The translations under genes were made by a program, and so were the position numbers. The notes below the pieces were generated by a model that saw only the letters and a list, made by a program, of their open reading frames with translations, did no database searches and was not told where the DNA came from. This document shows positions 63,103 to 64,000 of a DNA stretch of 64,000 bases, in pieces. Source of the stretch: an uncultured bacterium (lineage in GTDB: Bacteria; Krumholzibacteriota; Krumholzibacteriia; JACNKJ01); NCBI GenBank assembly GCA_963695095.1, contig CAVOFT010000001.1, forward strand, positions 1,408,001 through 1,472,000. Reading direction: 5' to 3'. Positions within the stretch are counted from its first letter, which is position 1; every line of letters starts with the position of its first letter.

Positions 63103-64000
63103 ATGTGCGGAATCATCGGCTATGTGGGGGAACGCCCCGCCCTCCCCATCCTGATCGCCGGCCTCAAGCGCATGGAGTACCGGGGCTACGACTCGGCCGG
63201 GGTGGCACTCCATGAGCCGCATGGCCTCACCGTCGTCAAGGCCGAGGGCAAGATCAGCAACCTGGAGGCGGTACTGCGCTCCGGCGCCTACGAGGCCACG
63301 CTGGGGATCGGCCACACGCGCTGGGCGACGCACGGCCCGCCGACCCAGGACAACGCGCATCCGCACACCGACGAATCGGGCGACCTGGCGCTCGTCCACA
63401 ACGGGATCATCGAGAACTTCCAGTTCCTCCGGCGCTATCTGAAGGAGCAGGGCATCGAGCCGCGCACGGAGACCGACACCGAAGTGCTCGCCCACCTCAT
63501 CGCCCACTACTACGAGGGCAGCGTGGAGCAGGCCGTTCGCCGCGCGCTGTCCATCGTCGAGGGCACCTACGGCATCGCGGTCATGCACCGCGATCATCCG
63601 CGCAAGCTGGTCGGCGCCCGCAACGGCAGCCCGATGGTGGTGGGCATCGGCGAGAACGAGTTCTTCCTCGCCAGCGACGTGGCCGCGATCCTCGCCCACA
63701 CGCGACAGGTCATCTACCTCGACGACCACGAGATGGTCGTGATCGAGGACGGCAAGTTCCACACCAAGACCATCCGCAACGAGATGGTGGAGAAGTCCGT
63801 CCACGAGGTGACCTGGGATCTCGAGAGCATCGAGAAGGGCGGCTACGAGCACTTCATGCTCAAGGAGATCTTCGAGCAGCCCAACACGATTCGCAACTCC
63901 TTCCGCGGCCGGCTGATCCTGGACGAGGGCAAGGCCAAGCTGGGCGGGCTCATCTACAACCTGGACGACCTGCGCGCGGCCGATCGCATCATCTTCCTGG
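63103..64000 (+). CDS. glmS: glutamine--fructose-6-phosphate aminotransferase (partial; runs off the window)
   Basis: MCGIIGY, L.R.EYRGYDSAG, GHTRWATHG, NAHPH, HNGIIEN, TDTEV, FMLKEI.EQP read directly from the sequence. Confidence 0.97.
   Translation, partial: MCGIIGYVGERPALPILIAGLKRMEYRGYDSAGVALHEPHGLTVVKAEGKISNLEAVLRSGAYEATLGIGHTRWATHGPPTQDNAHPHTDESGDLALVHNGIIENFQFLRRYLKEQGIEPRTETDTEVLAHLIAHYYEGSVEQAVRRALSIVEGTYGIAVMHRDHPRKLVGARNGSPMVVGIGENEFFLASDVAAILAHTRQVIYLDDHEMVVIEDGKFHTKTIRNEMVEKSVHEVTWDLESIEKGGYEHFMLKEIFEQPNTIRNSFRGRLILDEGKAKLGGLIYNLDDLRAADRIIFL

Overview
A very GC-rich (roughly 70% by eye, not computed) bacterial chromosomal segment from a diderm, LPS-making organism. Five secreted proteins end in a 'PNPF(N/R)P...G(V/L/S)Y' FlgD-Ig/T9SS-like C-terminal domain and one gene is a gingipain-type C25 protease, which points to an FCB-group candidate phylum such as Krumholzibacteriota, Latescibacterota or Eisenbacteria (inference). 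The window holds three tRNAs (Asp-GTC, Phe-GAA, Thr-CGT); envelope genes (hldD, waaA, a GT9 heptosyltransferase, galE, glmM, partial glmS); an accessory islet of small genes at 3.6-9 kb; a B12 radical SAM gene directly before cydAB; a DUF937/Kbp/dodecin cluster; secreted hydrolases (BNR propellers, M14, M1, C25); an MFP plus two RND permeases; a DASS transporter divergent from acnA; nth; a sensor-less HK-receiver hybrid coupled to two CNNM genes; two tandem XRE-cupin regulators; mazG; uvrA; and an Rrf2 regulator. I saw no integrase, transposase, phage gene or CRISPR array. About 16 frameshifts in six genes, nearly all +1, look like read or assembly errors. The best leads are non-coding: an IRE-like CAGUGU hairpin in the acnA 5' UTR, a ~65-nt covarying hairpin repeated over the stop codons of two adjacent secreted-protein genes, glmS-ribozyme-like motifs before glmS, all three tRNAs ending N73-CCC, and a metal-binding plus degenerate XRE-cupin pair. 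All family calls come from motif recognition by eye; no searches were run.
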